DNA of 32,000 nucleotides from Acaryochloris marina S15 (GTDB lineage Bacteria; Cyanobacteriota; Cyanobacteriia; Thermosynechococcales; Thermosynechococcaceae): NCBI RefSeq assembly GCF_018336915.1, contig NZ_CP064923.1, positions 2,580,001 to 2,612,000 of the forward strand, read 5' to 3'. Shown piece by piece: positions 8,189 to 16,071 of this stretch (position 1 is its first letter; each line of letters starts with the position of its first letter). The notes under the pieces were generated by a model. It saw only the letters and a program-made list of their open reading frames with translations, ran no database searches and was not told where the DNA came from. The position numbers and the translations under genes were made by a program.

Positions 8189-8765
8189 TTAGGTCTTCGT
8201 TTAACGACCCTGGGTTCGAGCCGATGGGGTCGAACAGGCAGAAGGTCAGTAGCAATATTTTCAAGCAGATGAGCATACAACCGTTGACGTATAGCTTGTG
8301 TGGCCGTTGCTAACAAAACCAGCATCTGATTAAAGTGTTGTCGAGCCCCTTGTAAAGAGAGTCGAGAGCGGTCATATTCTGCCCATGGGGCAGCCTGTTC
8401 CATGAGACTTCTCAATAAGTTGTAGCCTAGCAAATGAGACCAAATATCCTTGCGCACCATTTCAGGTGTCTTTGCTGTGAGCATTTCCATCTTTAAGGTG
8501 GTTTTGAGGTGTCTCAAATTGACTTCAGCCGCCTGCCATCGCCATCCGTACAAGCGAGTCAATTGTTTAGCACTATAGCGCTGAGCATCCAGTAAGGTTG
8601 TGACGACGATAATGAACTGGTCTCGAAAGCCTCGACGCGATAGACGTAGCGATACCTCCCTGACTGTCAACGTTTTGGGAATCTCTGCAAACTCCGTTGC
8701 ACTCATGTGGGCGGGACACCGTGTGGGCTTTTGCCATTGAACTTGGTGGTCTCCTATCCCGTTCT
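8189..8765 (-). pseudogene. IS4-family transposase, C-terminal fragment bounded by IS630 (right end of the protein) and ISKra4-like copy A
   Basis: ...QVQWQKPTRCPAHMSATEFAEIPKTLTVREV...VVTTLLD...LYGWRWQAAEVNLRHLKTTLKMEMLTAKTPEMVRKDIWSHLLGYNLLR...EPRVVKRRP is the typical IS4 DDE C-terminal region. The last six codons of track ORF 8164..8706 are the IS630 IR. Confidence 0.75.
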
Positions 8766-10234
8766 GTAAGCGTAAATATCCTACATTAAAAGCCTAATTC
8801 TCAAGCAGCTTTTTCTTCTTCAGGAAGAACTAAATCTAGCCAATTATCACTCCATTCATTACTGATCATACTCGCCCTGATTTGCAAGACATTATGGGCA
8901 CCTACCCGAGTCCATTGCATCTTCTGCTTCTTTTTATGGCGAGCATTAATGAGGGTGTCAATATGAGATTCTGCAACTTGACTGGTATAAGCTAGCCCCG
9001 CTTTATCTCGCTCGTCATAATTGACAAGATATTCACTGTTATTCTTTAAGTAATCGTATAAGCCTTTGAGCTTTGTTTGCTTCTTCTCATCTGAAATGTT
9101 GTCTCGAAGCATGGCAATCTTCTGCAGAGCATCATCTACTTTTCCATGCCATAAACTCCCCTTCGCACTATCGAGGGATTCTGCAAAGGTTTCACCCAGT
9201 GCATTGCTGACATTTCGGAATTTCTTGCCGATATGAAACCAGTCCAAGATCAGCTCTAATGCTTTGCAATGAGGCTCAAGAACTGAGATGACTGACCAGC
9301 AGTTGCTAGCACCATCGGCCAAGGCAGTGACCTGTGTCTCTTCTGTCATCCCTTGTTTAAGTGCCGCATGATGCAGATAGGTCTTGATGGTTTGCAACTC
9401 ATCCTCTAAGGCGGAAACAACACAAGTCTTTTCCGTAATTTGGCGATGATGTTTATCAACTACTTCAATGGCACTAGGACGATAAACGATGCCAGATAAG
9501 GCTTCAAAACTGCGCTTGTCTTTATCTTTGGTAGGAATATGACCCCCATCGACTTGAGCAATGAGTTCTGCTGCCGGGGTGGGTAACTCTTCTTGATCTG
9601 GAGGGGTAGTGTTCGCTTGAGATAAACGCTCACCGACTTGATTGGTCACGTTTTTGATTTGGACATGGTTATTCACACTCCGGCGCTGAGCATTCAGCCG
9701 CTCCATATTATCCTGAGCTTCTCGATAGCTATGCAAGGCACCATTCTCACATTGCAGTTTTACTAAGTCAGGATGAGTATCTGTGCCAAAGACGCTCAAC
9801 ACCGATGGCATACTTTGCCATCGACACTCAGGATTCTTGCACCGATGTTTTTGGATACGGAGTTTATGATCGCTGAAGACGGCATGGAATGTAGATGGTT
9901 GAAAACCAAGCTTGCCTATTTTCCCACCACATTTGATGCACTGCGTAACTCCAGTATCGATGAGGGTAGATTGTTCGGATAACAGAGCACTTTGGACTTT
10001 GGAAAGCAGAGAGATTTGTTCTTCGTGACGCAATCCTAGATCTAGAATAGATTCTGGTTGCTTGATGTCATAGATTTTTAGAGTGTCTCGTTTAACGACT
10101 TCCTGAGTGGTAACCGAAACTTTCTCCACAATCACTCTAAATTCGTAGTCCATCTCTCACCGTTACTCTCGAACCTCTGCAAGAGATAGAGTAACACTAA
10201 AAACTTGAATAATGTACAAAAATTACGCTTTCAG
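8766..10234 (-). mobile_element. ISKra4-like insertion sequence, copy A (1,469 bp, intact)
   Basis: The boundaries come from where identity with copy B (14911..17290 minus the IS1 insert) starts and stops. The ends share AAGCGTAA (CTGAAAGCGTAATTTTT / GTAAGCGTAAATATCC). No flanking duplication was seen. Confidence 0.8.
8801..10153 (-). CDS. Transposase, 450 aa, ISKra4-family-like
   Basis: The ORF is intact and has a CIKCGG...HRCKNPECRW zinc motif. Its N-terminal segment (EFRVIVEKVS...LDLGLRHEEQISLLSKVQ) matches my recollection of ISKra4/UPF0236-type transposases. The family call is from memory, not from a search. Confidence 0.6.
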   Translation of the reverse strand: MDYEFRVIVEKVSVTTQEVVKRDTLKIYDIKQPESILDLGLRHEEQISLLSKVQSALLSEQSTLIDTGVTQCIKCGGKIGKLGFQPSTFHAVFSDHKLRIQKHRCKNPECRWQSMPSVLSVFGTDTHPDLVKLQCENGALHSYREAQDNMERLNAQRRSVNNHVQIKNVTNQVGERLSQANTTPPDQEELPTPAAELIAQVDGGHIPTKDKDKRSFEALSGIVYRPSAIEVVDKHHRQITEKTCVVSALEDELQTIKTYLHHAALKQGMTEETQVTALADGASNCWSVISVLEPHCKALELILDWFHIGKKFRNVSNALGETFAESLDSAKGSLWHGKVDDALQKIAMLRDNISDEKKQTKLKGLYDYLKNNSEYLVNYDERDKAGLAYTSQVAESHIDTLINARHKKKQKMQWTRVGAHNVLQIRASMISNEWSDNWLDLVLPEEEKAA

Positions 10235-10387
10235 TCGCCTTTGGGGTCTGCGGTCTTGGCTGTGATTAATTTGCTGATTAAGTTTGGCATGAGACTAATT
10301 CACTTTCTGTACGGATTGTATATTGCCTAGTAATGATTTCGGATAAAGGAGGGCTTGCTATAATTCACCTGGCTCTGATTTCTAGCC

Positions 10388-10819
10388 TTGAATGATATGG
10401 ACTTGCAGGAATTTAAATCTAAAGGCTTAACGGAGCTGGAAGAAATATTTTTGGAACCGACTGAAACTGGAACGAATGCTCTGTTGTCTTCTGGGTTGGC
10501 TTTGAAAGTCATTCAAGACAACAAGTTGTATTTACCAGACTCTAAGGGCTTTAAGGTCTATGTGGAAGAAAATCTTGGGGTTACTTACATCCATGCTTTT
10601 CGCTGTATTCAAGCGGCTGAACTCGTATTGTTCTTGCAGGAGCATTTTGATGTGCTTCCTCAGTCTGAGAGTGCTGCTCGGCCATTGGTAAAGCTGTCGA
10701 GGGCTAATCAGCTTAAGGCTTGGGGAGAGGTGGTGAGGATGACTGAGGGGGATAAGTGGGCACCGGGGAAAGACAGGATAAAGCGGGTGATTGTTGATCT
10801 GGGATTGAACAAGGTTTAG
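10388..10819 (+). CDS. Hypothetical protein (start probably ATG 10397), possible HTH
   Basis: The track ORF starts at TTG 10388, and the first ATG gives MDLQEFKSKG.... The segment ...YVEENLGVTYIHAFRCIQAAEL...PQSESAARPLVKL... resembles plasmid/phage ParB- or DUF3102-like HTH proteins, but only weakly. Confidence 0.5.
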   Translation: MNDMDLQEFKSKGLTELEEIFLEPTETGTNALLSSGLALKVIQDNKLYLPDSKGFKVYVEENLGVTYIHAFRCIQAAELVLFLQEHFDVLPQSESAARPLVKLSRANQLKAWGEVVRMTEGDKWAPGKDRIKRVIVDLGLNKV

Positions 10820-11226
10820 TTTCTAGGCTGAACGACCTTAACGCCTATCTTACGTATCCAAACATTACTGAATTTCTTGAAGCTCTTCCCTGGATGCATA
10901 AGAAAGTCTATTTCTTCCTTATTAGAAGAAATAAACACCTTGCGCCACTGGTCCCAATCTCCCTGAGTTGGATGGTCTATATCTTCACAAAATTTCGCCC
11001 AGCTCTCTTGCTGATATTCTGAAGCTCTCAAAAAAGTTCCTTTGTTTTTTACTAGGATAAGACCTGCATTAAGAAGCCCTTGAATGAAGGCAGGATGCCC
11101 CACAGGTGGCTCTACTGCGCTGTTAACAGGAGATTCATAGGCAAGCTCAAGTTCTTCAACAGAATGTTCCTTGGCAAGTCTAAGGAGTTCTAATTGTTCC
11201 AGGGTTAGGGAGGGGATACTGATCAT
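10816..11226 (-). CDS. Hypothetical protein (136 aa)
   Basis: ORF only, with no recognisable motif. Its stop overlaps the stop of the convergent ORF 10388..10819 (TTAG at 10816-10819). Confidence 0.5.
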   Translation of the reverse strand: MISIPSLTLEQLELLRLAKEHSVEELELAYESPVNSAVEPPVGHPAFIQGLLNAGLILVKNKGTFLRASEYQQESWAKFCEDIDHPTQGDWDQWRKVFISSNKEEIDFLMHPGKSFKKFSNVWIRKIGVKVVQPRN

Positions 11227-11301
11227 TTTGAAAACTCTCTCTCTACATCCAGTACAAATTTACTGATTTAAGCAAGAGATGCGAGCATAAACCAGGTTCT
11301 A

Positions 11302-11652
11302 TCAAGAATTGGGATGACTGGTTTTCTTCTTCCACATCACTAGTTGATTGCTCCAAGATCTACCTTTGTCACAGGCGGCAATATACGCCTTTTCAGGATC
11401 GAAGATGTCCATGTGGTCAATGGTCAGATCGAGCCAGTCATTGTTTAGCTCACTTTCAGACTTTTCAAAGTTTACGCTGAGGGTATGGGGAAGAAAGTCG
11501 AGAAAGATATGGGATTTTGTCACATGCTTACAAGCGATGGGAATCTCAACTTTCTGTTTTGGTGTGCAGTTTTCATCAATAAGGGTTAGCTCTAAGACAT
11601 CGCCAACCTTGAGCTGGTTGGATAGGGGTTCTAATCCTTGATTTCCGTCCAT
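11302..11652 (-). CDS. Hypothetical protein (116 aa)
   Basis: ORF only. It is co-directional with the small-gene cluster. Confidence 0.5.
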   Translation of the reverse strand: MDGNQGLEPLSNQLKVGDVLELTLIDENCTPKQKVEIPIACKHVTKSHIFLDFLPHTLSVNFEKSESELNNDWLDLTIDHMDIFDPEKAYIAACDKGRSWSNQLVMWKKKTSHPNS

Positions 11653-11755
11653 AGAAGATGATTTGTCTTGTTAAACGCAATTAAGGCCAAATATTTATAT
11701 GTTGGAGCTGATTTTAGACACAAAATCTGATCAAAAGAGTATCCTTCAAAACTAA

Positions 11756-11938
11756 TCACTCAATTTTTGCCATAATCTTAGCGTTAGGAAAACTCTTGAG
11801 TACAGGGCTTTTGTGTCCCTCCTTATCAATCCACCCTAGCAATAAATCACGCTCATGTCGTGGATGGTTTTTGCCAGGATCAACCATTACAGGAATAGGC
11901 TTGCCGTAGTAGCGAATGATAATTTCTTCAGCTTCCAT
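11756..11938 (-). CDS. Hypothetical small protein (60 aa)
   Basis: Its start lies 3 nt after the stop of ORF 11942..12208, so the two are tightly coupled. Confidence 0.45.
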   Translation of the reverse strand: MEAEEIIIRYYGKPIPVMVDPGKNHPRHERDLLLGWIDKEGHKSPVLKSFPNAKIMAKIE

Positions 11939-11941
11939 TAG

Positions 11942-12208
11942 TCATGATTGCTCTCCATCATTACTCAATAAATAATCAATAGTCTGCTTGAGCTGCAAAG
12001 TTTGCTCTGCCAATTGACCGTGTAAGGTCTGCATTGCTAGCTGACCCTCAATCAACAAATCGATTTTCTTGTTCATAGTTTTTTGCTGCTCCAAGACTTG
12101 ACTGATTGTTGCAGTATTAGCCTGGGTTGCATCAAGCAGGCTCTGGATAGAGGCTGCGAGGGCATCAAGCCAGTTATCGGTCCATCGTTGTAGGTTTCCA
12201 CTATTCAT
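11942..12208 (-). CDS. Small coiled-coil protein (88 aa), paralog A
   Basis: Heptad-rich and Q/L-rich. It is a paralog of the IS630-split gene at 12969..14429 (NLQRWTDNWLDALAASIQSLLDATQANT / ...MQTLHGQLAEQTLQLKQTIDYLLSNDGEQS). Confidence 0.6.
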   Translation of the reverse strand: MNSGNLQRWTDNWLDALAASIQSLLDATQANTATISQVLEQQKTMNKKIDLLIEGQLAMQTLHGQLAEQTLQLKQTIDYLLSNDGEQS

Positions 12209-12498
12209 GGTTTATCCTGCTGCAATAGTTGCTCAATCCGATCCAGCCGTTGGTTGATTCCCTCAAACTGTGTATTCACGTCCTTACGCAATAACTCAAT
12301 CTGTATCCTGTTATCAATAATTTTGTCGAGTAACCTGCTTTCAATCGTTGGAACGATAGCTGCAACACTGGCGTTGATCAGGAAGAATAAACCACAACCC
12401 AGAAGACCAATCACAGCCAAACTAGGCAATAAGTCTTTGGAAAAGCTCACCAAAGAAGCAAAACGAGTTGGGGCTGTGTCCTGGTTATCTAAGTTCAT
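12205..12498 (-). CDS. Single-pass membrane protein with C-terminal coiled coil (97 aa)
   Basis: It has one hydrophobic helix (LLPSLAVIGLLGCGLFFLINASVAAIV) followed by a heptad-like tail. An ATGA overlap joins it to the downstream ORF. Confidence 0.55.
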   Translation of the reverse strand: MNLDNQDTAPTRFASLVSFSKDLLPSLAVIGLLGCGLFFLINASVAAIVPTIESRLLDKIIDNRIQIELLRKDVNTQFEGINQRLDRIEQLLQQDKP

Positions 12499-12525
12499 CG
12501 CTGAATCTAATCCACCATCAAAATT

Positions 12526-12972
12526 CTAGTCATCACTGTTGATCAGCGCCCATGCTTTGGTCTTGATGTTCTCAGGGCATTGCACAGGGAAAGTGGAAAT
12601 ATCAAGCCTCGTTTCATTGGCTGCATCTCGTCGCGCCCGTTTATAGCAGAGATCAAAGGACTCCTCTAGGTGACGACGCAGGGAGGGGCGATCTTCAAAC
12701 TCATCTTTAATCTGGTTCGCAGCATCAACTATGGTGAAATCCCAGCTATCGGTGTGCTTAGATGGCTGATATTTCATTTTTAGTAAATGCCAAAGCATCC
12801 GCTTGAGCTGGCTTTTTACTTTATCCCGATGGCGGTTGCCCAAATCCTCAATTTCCTCAATCAAGTTTTCCATATCGAGTAAGTCAAACTGGCGATCACG
12901 TAACAGTTGAGCCTGTCTATCAGCCCACTCCACGACATCACGGTTATATAGGGTGCGTATATTGGTGGTCAT
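12526..12972 (-). CDS. DUF29 domain protein (148 aa)
   Basis: LYNRDVVEWADRQAQLLRDRQFDLLDMENLIEEIEDLGNRHRDKVKSQLKRMLWHLLKMKYQP...ETRLDISTFPVQCP is the canonical cyanobacterial DUF29 pattern. Confidence 0.85.
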   Translation of the reverse strand: MTTNIRTLYNRDVVEWADRQAQLLRDRQFDLLDMENLIEEIEDLGNRHRDKVKSQLKRMLWHLLKMKYQPSKHTDSWDFTIVDAANQIKDEFEDRPSLRRHLEESFDLCYKRARRDAANETRLDISTFPVQCPENIKTKAWALINSDD

Positions 12973-13153
12973 GATTGCCCTCCATCCTTGCTCAACAAAT
13001 AGTCAACAGTTCTCTTGAGCTGCAAAGATTGCTCTGCAACCTGACCGTGCAGTGTTTGCATAGACAATTGATTGTTGATTAATCGCTTAATAGCCTTAGT
13101 ATTTGCCTGGGTTGCAGCAAGCAAGCTCTGAGTAGAAGCTGTAAGGGCATCTA

Positions 13154-14387
13154 TAGATCTACAGATAAAGATCCGTGATTAGCTAGGCAGCTTGTGTACC
13201 CAAGGTTTTGCAATATTTGCCCATTAAGACAGTAATTTCATTGGGAGTCTGACTAAAGTACAGTAGCCCCTCATCGACCTGCTGAACTAAGTCATCAAAT
13301 TGCTTGAAGAACCGTAGGTGTGTGCTGCGTTTTTTGAGTTTCTTCCACAAGAATTCAATTGGGTTGAAGTCAGGAGAATATGTGGGTAATTGGAAAGGAG
13401 TAAGGCGAGCGGATTGCTGGTCAAAGAACTGCTTAGTTGCTTTACTGGTGTGATATCTAGCCCCGTCCTGAATGAGAATAATATGCTTGTGAGTCTGCTG
13501 GAGTACTTGAGTTAGAAAAGCAGTATACCCTTCAGAATTGAAGCGTCCCGTCTGACCTTGATAGAAGAACTGACCAGAATGATAATCAATTAATCCAAAC
13601 ACCTTGTAAGCCTTCCGTTTACCACTGGTGGGCAATGTTGGCTGGTCTCCACGAAGACTCCAGGTGTAGCTTAACGACCCCCACTGCGCAAAACTGGCCT
13701 CATCCCCAAATAAAATTAGGGCATCTTTGGCTGCTGATAAACGCAAAATCTCAGGCCATTTGTGTGTCATCCATTCTTGTCGCTTGGCTTCATTGAGATG
13801 AGCTGCAACAAACCGTGCTCTTTGAAATGAAAAGCCTAAGTTCCTCAGTAGAGTACTCACATAATGGGGATGATAGGAAACATTGAAGCGTTTCGCAATC
13901 AGGTCTTGAACCATTAATGCACTCCAACAACCACACTCGTATCCAGCTTTGAGCGGACCTGCTTTAATCCATGACTTGAGCTGTTGTCGTTGCCGTGGAG
14001 TGAGTTTGCTGCGACGTCCTTGAGACGCTTTGTATCTAAAGCTAGCGATACCTCGTTTTAGAAATGCATGCAGATAATCCCTGATCGTTTGTTCGCCTAG
14101 TGCCAATGTTTCAGCTACCTGTGCCACTGAACCACCTTGACCAAGCTGCAATAAAGCACTAATACGTTTGACCAGACGTAAATTCTGACTCCCGTATGCC
14201 TGGCGCAGTTTAGCTTCAATCTTTTTGCGTGTTGATTGGGTAAAGCGCAGTTTGAATTGTGCGAGCATACTGGATGACCTCTGATAATCTTGAAATCCTT
14301 GCCAGAGCTAAGAGTATCAGGAGCTAGTTACTATATTTAATGAAGATGTAGTGTCGCTAAAACCACGGATGCTTTTCTGAAGATCTA
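13154..14387 (-). mobile_element. IS630-family insertion sequence (1,234 bp), intact, single-ORF type
   Basis: IRs are TAGATCTACAGATAAAGATCCGTGATT (13154 onward) and TAGATCTTCAGAAAAGCATCCGTGGTT (rc of 14387 backward). The TA duplication is at 13152-53 and 14388-89. Confidence 0.9.
13183..14268 (-). CDS. IS630-family transposase (361 aa)
   Basis: It has HTH and DDE domains: ...LILFGDEASFAQWGS...LIQDGARYHTSK...LPTYSPDFNPIEFLWKKLK. Confidence 0.9.
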   Translation of the reverse strand: MLAQFKLRFTQSTRKKIEAKLRQAYGSQNLRLVKRISALLQLGQGGSVAQVAETLALGEQTIRDYLHAFLKRGIASFRYKASQGRRSKLTPRQRQQLKSWIKAGPLKAGYECGCWSALMVQDLIAKRFNVSYHPHYVSTLLRNLGFSFQRARFVAAHLNEAKRQEWMTHKWPEILRLSAAKDALILFGDEASFAQWGSLSYTWSLRGDQPTLPTSGKRKAYKVFGLIDYHSGQFFYQGQTGRFNSEGYTAFLTQVLQQTHKHIILIQDGARYHTSKATKQFFDQQSARLTPFQLPTYSPDFNPIEFLWKKLKKRSTHLRFFKQFDDLVQQVDEGLLYFSQTPNEITVLMGKYCKTLGTQAA

Positions 14388-14502
14388 TAGCCGATCATCA
14401 GTCCATCGTTCGAGGTTGCTGCTGGTCATCACATTTACCGCTTAACAAAATATCTGTGTCTGTCTTTGGGTATGCCGATTAAATACAAAGAGAATCACAC
14501 CA

Positions 14503-14715
14503 CTAAGAATTTGAAGAAATTATCCCTTCCTGAACACTTTCTCTGATCTCTTTGGCAGCAAGCATTTTAAGAAGGCTACTTACAGAGAGTCCTTTTGCAG
14601 TAGCAACAGCTTCTAAATCTTCCTTCATATCCTCATCAAGATATACAGACACCTTGATTGCAGGGGTTCTCTTTTTTGCAGGCATTAGTACGGATATAGG
14701 CATTTGTAACTCCAT
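14503..14715 (-). CDS. Ribbon-helix-helix (CopG/Arc-like) DNA-binding protein (70 aa)
   Basis: KVSVYLDEDMKEDLEAVATAKGLSVSSLLKMLAAKEI is a beta-strand plus two helices, the RHS-unrelated ribbon-helix-helix signature. It is the first gene of the minus-strand small-gene cluster. Confidence 0.7.
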   Translation of the reverse strand: MELQMPISVLMPAKKRTPAIKVSVYLDEDMKEDLEAVATAKGLSVSSLLKMLAAKEIRESVQEGIISSNS

Positions 14716-14805
14716 ATCAAGTGTACTCTGCCACCATAGTAGCTCAACAAATGCACCTATGACAACTCTAAAAAAGTATCGCCATAGAGTTGATATGGAG
14801 TTACA
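14705..14805 (-). promoter_or_regulatory. Perfect 16-bp inverted repeat bracketing a promoter-like region of the RHH gene
   Basis: The arms are TGTAACTCCATATCAA (14705-14720, which covers the RHH start codon at 14713-15) and TTGATATGGAGTTACA (14790-14805). On the minus strand the 69-bp spacer contains TTGTCA (14765-14760), 18 nt, then TACTAT (14741-14736). Confidence 0.5.
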
Positions 14806-15168
14806 TTAGAGTTATATTTATAGATGTAAGGGATACTTCCCAAACAAAACAAAGGCACCGCATCACCGTCCAAAGTTCTGCGATGCCCGAGTTAAAACCA
14901 CTGGTCGTGCCTGAAAGCGTAATTTTTGTACATTATTCAAGTTTTTAGTGTTACTCTATCTCTTGCAGAGGTTCGAGAGTAACGGTGAGAGATGGACTAC
15001 GAATTTAGAGTGATTGTGGAGAAAGTTTCGGTTACCACTCAGGAAGTCGTTAAACGAGACACTCTAAAAATCTATGACATCAAGCAACCAGAATCTATTC
15101 TAGATCTAGGATTGCGTCACGAAGAACAAATCTCTCTGCTTTCCAAAGTCCAAAGTGCTCTGTTATCC

Positions 15169-16071
15169 GGTCGTGCATCAAACAATTGTGGGGTAGGTGA
15201 GTATGTCATCCCAATGCCAAGCTCGCGAGGCTAGATCAGCACGTTGTGCCGCCGTTGTTTTAAGCCGACTGTGTGTCCAAATCCAATTGAAATAGCTGAC
15301 CACTAATCGAGCAGTGACTTTGGTTTGCGCCCACACTTTGCCAAATTTGTTCTGGCGTCGATGCCATCGACCACTGTGCTGTCGAATAATGCCATTGGTG
15401 CGTTCGAGTCGTTGAGTTCTGTCCTTGCCAATGTAATGGTCAATCTCCCAAGGCAACACTCTTTCGTACCCCCCCCAATCGTCGCTATTCCAGTCCTTGC
15501 AATCGGTCTTACCTTCAGTGCTAGTCACCAGTTCATTCAATAATGAATCGGTGTGCTTGCCCACACGACACGAGAGGATCACGCCGCTTGTGTTTGCCAA
15601 GGTAATCGCCATCCAACAATCACCCATCTCTAGCTCATGGGGAAGACAGTGTTTTTGCTTTTTTTCACAAAGGACCACATTTCATCTGCACTGACATCCT
15701 CCGTTTCAACGGCTTGCACTTGGCCATTATGGAGTTGCTGAGATCGTTGGCTAGCAGCTCTTACTAGAGAGACTACAGTGTTGTAAGCCAGGCCACTGGT
15801 CCGAGTGATACCTCGAAGACTACTCCCTTCTGCATGGGCTTGGAGAACTTGTCGGACCTGCTCTGGACTCACCTGACGACGATAGTAAAGGGTATCAAAG
15901 CGTTCAGTAAAGGTCTGCTGGCACTCAGGACAACGGTATCGTTGAAGCATGTTGGGCATCTTGCCATGCTTGTGTGCTTTGGAATGACCGCATAGTGGGC
16001 ATTGCATGGGTAGGTTAGAAGCTGAGCTGAGCCTCTAGTATACTCAACCCACAATTACTTGAGGCACGACC
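15169..16071 (-). mobile_element. IS1-family insertion sequence, complete (903 bp) with 8-bp target duplication
   Basis: IRs are GGTCGTGCATCAAACAATTGTGGGG (15169 onward) and GGTCGTGCCTCAAGTAATTGTGGG (rc of 16071 backward). The direct repeat TGTTATCC lies at 15161-15168 and 16072-16079. Removing the IS and one repeat recreates the copy-A sequence. Confidence 0.95.
15178..16007 (-). CDS. insAB: IS1 transposase InsA (15630..16007) / InsAB' via -1 frameshift into the InsB frame (15178..15678)
   Basis: On the sense strand the A7 run at 15659-15665 reads GTG AAA AAA AGC. A -1 slip gives ...SFVKK|KQKHCLPHELEMGDCWMAI..., continuing through the DDE region to 15178, next to the IR. Confidence 0.85.

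Larger units (their letters stand above)
12969..14429 (-). pseudogene. Small coiled-coil protein, paralog B, split by the IS630 at 13154..14387
   Basis: The 5' part is 14390..14429 (MTSSNLERWTDDR) and the 3' part is 12969..13151. Removing the IS and one TA restores an uninterrupted 74-codon ORF (...RLDALTASTQSLLAATQANT...MQTLHGQVAEQSLQLKRTVDYLLSKDGGQS*). Its stop overlaps the DUF29 start (ATGA). Confidence 0.85.

Noticed and set aside
7366-9982. Track ORFs 7366..7569(+), 8060..8272(+) and 9773..9982(+), and the copy at 16074..16283(-).
   Set aside because: They are antisense to IS630 and ISKra4-like transposase genes or span IS ends, and they have no independent support.
10327-14809. Track ORFs 10327..10512(-), 11348..11641(+), 12254..12529(+) and 14552..14809(+).
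   Set aside because: Each is antisense to a longer ORF that fits the co-directional, translationally coupled cluster. The translations are Ser/Leu/Ile-rich, as expected for the reverse frames of the real genes.
14903-14911. GGTCGTGCC immediately left of ISKra4-like copy B matches the first 9 nt of the IS1 terminal repeat, which might be a hidden IS1 remnant.
   Set aside because: Only 9 nt match, and the following bases belong to the ISKra4-like end shared with copy A. This is too short to separate from chance.
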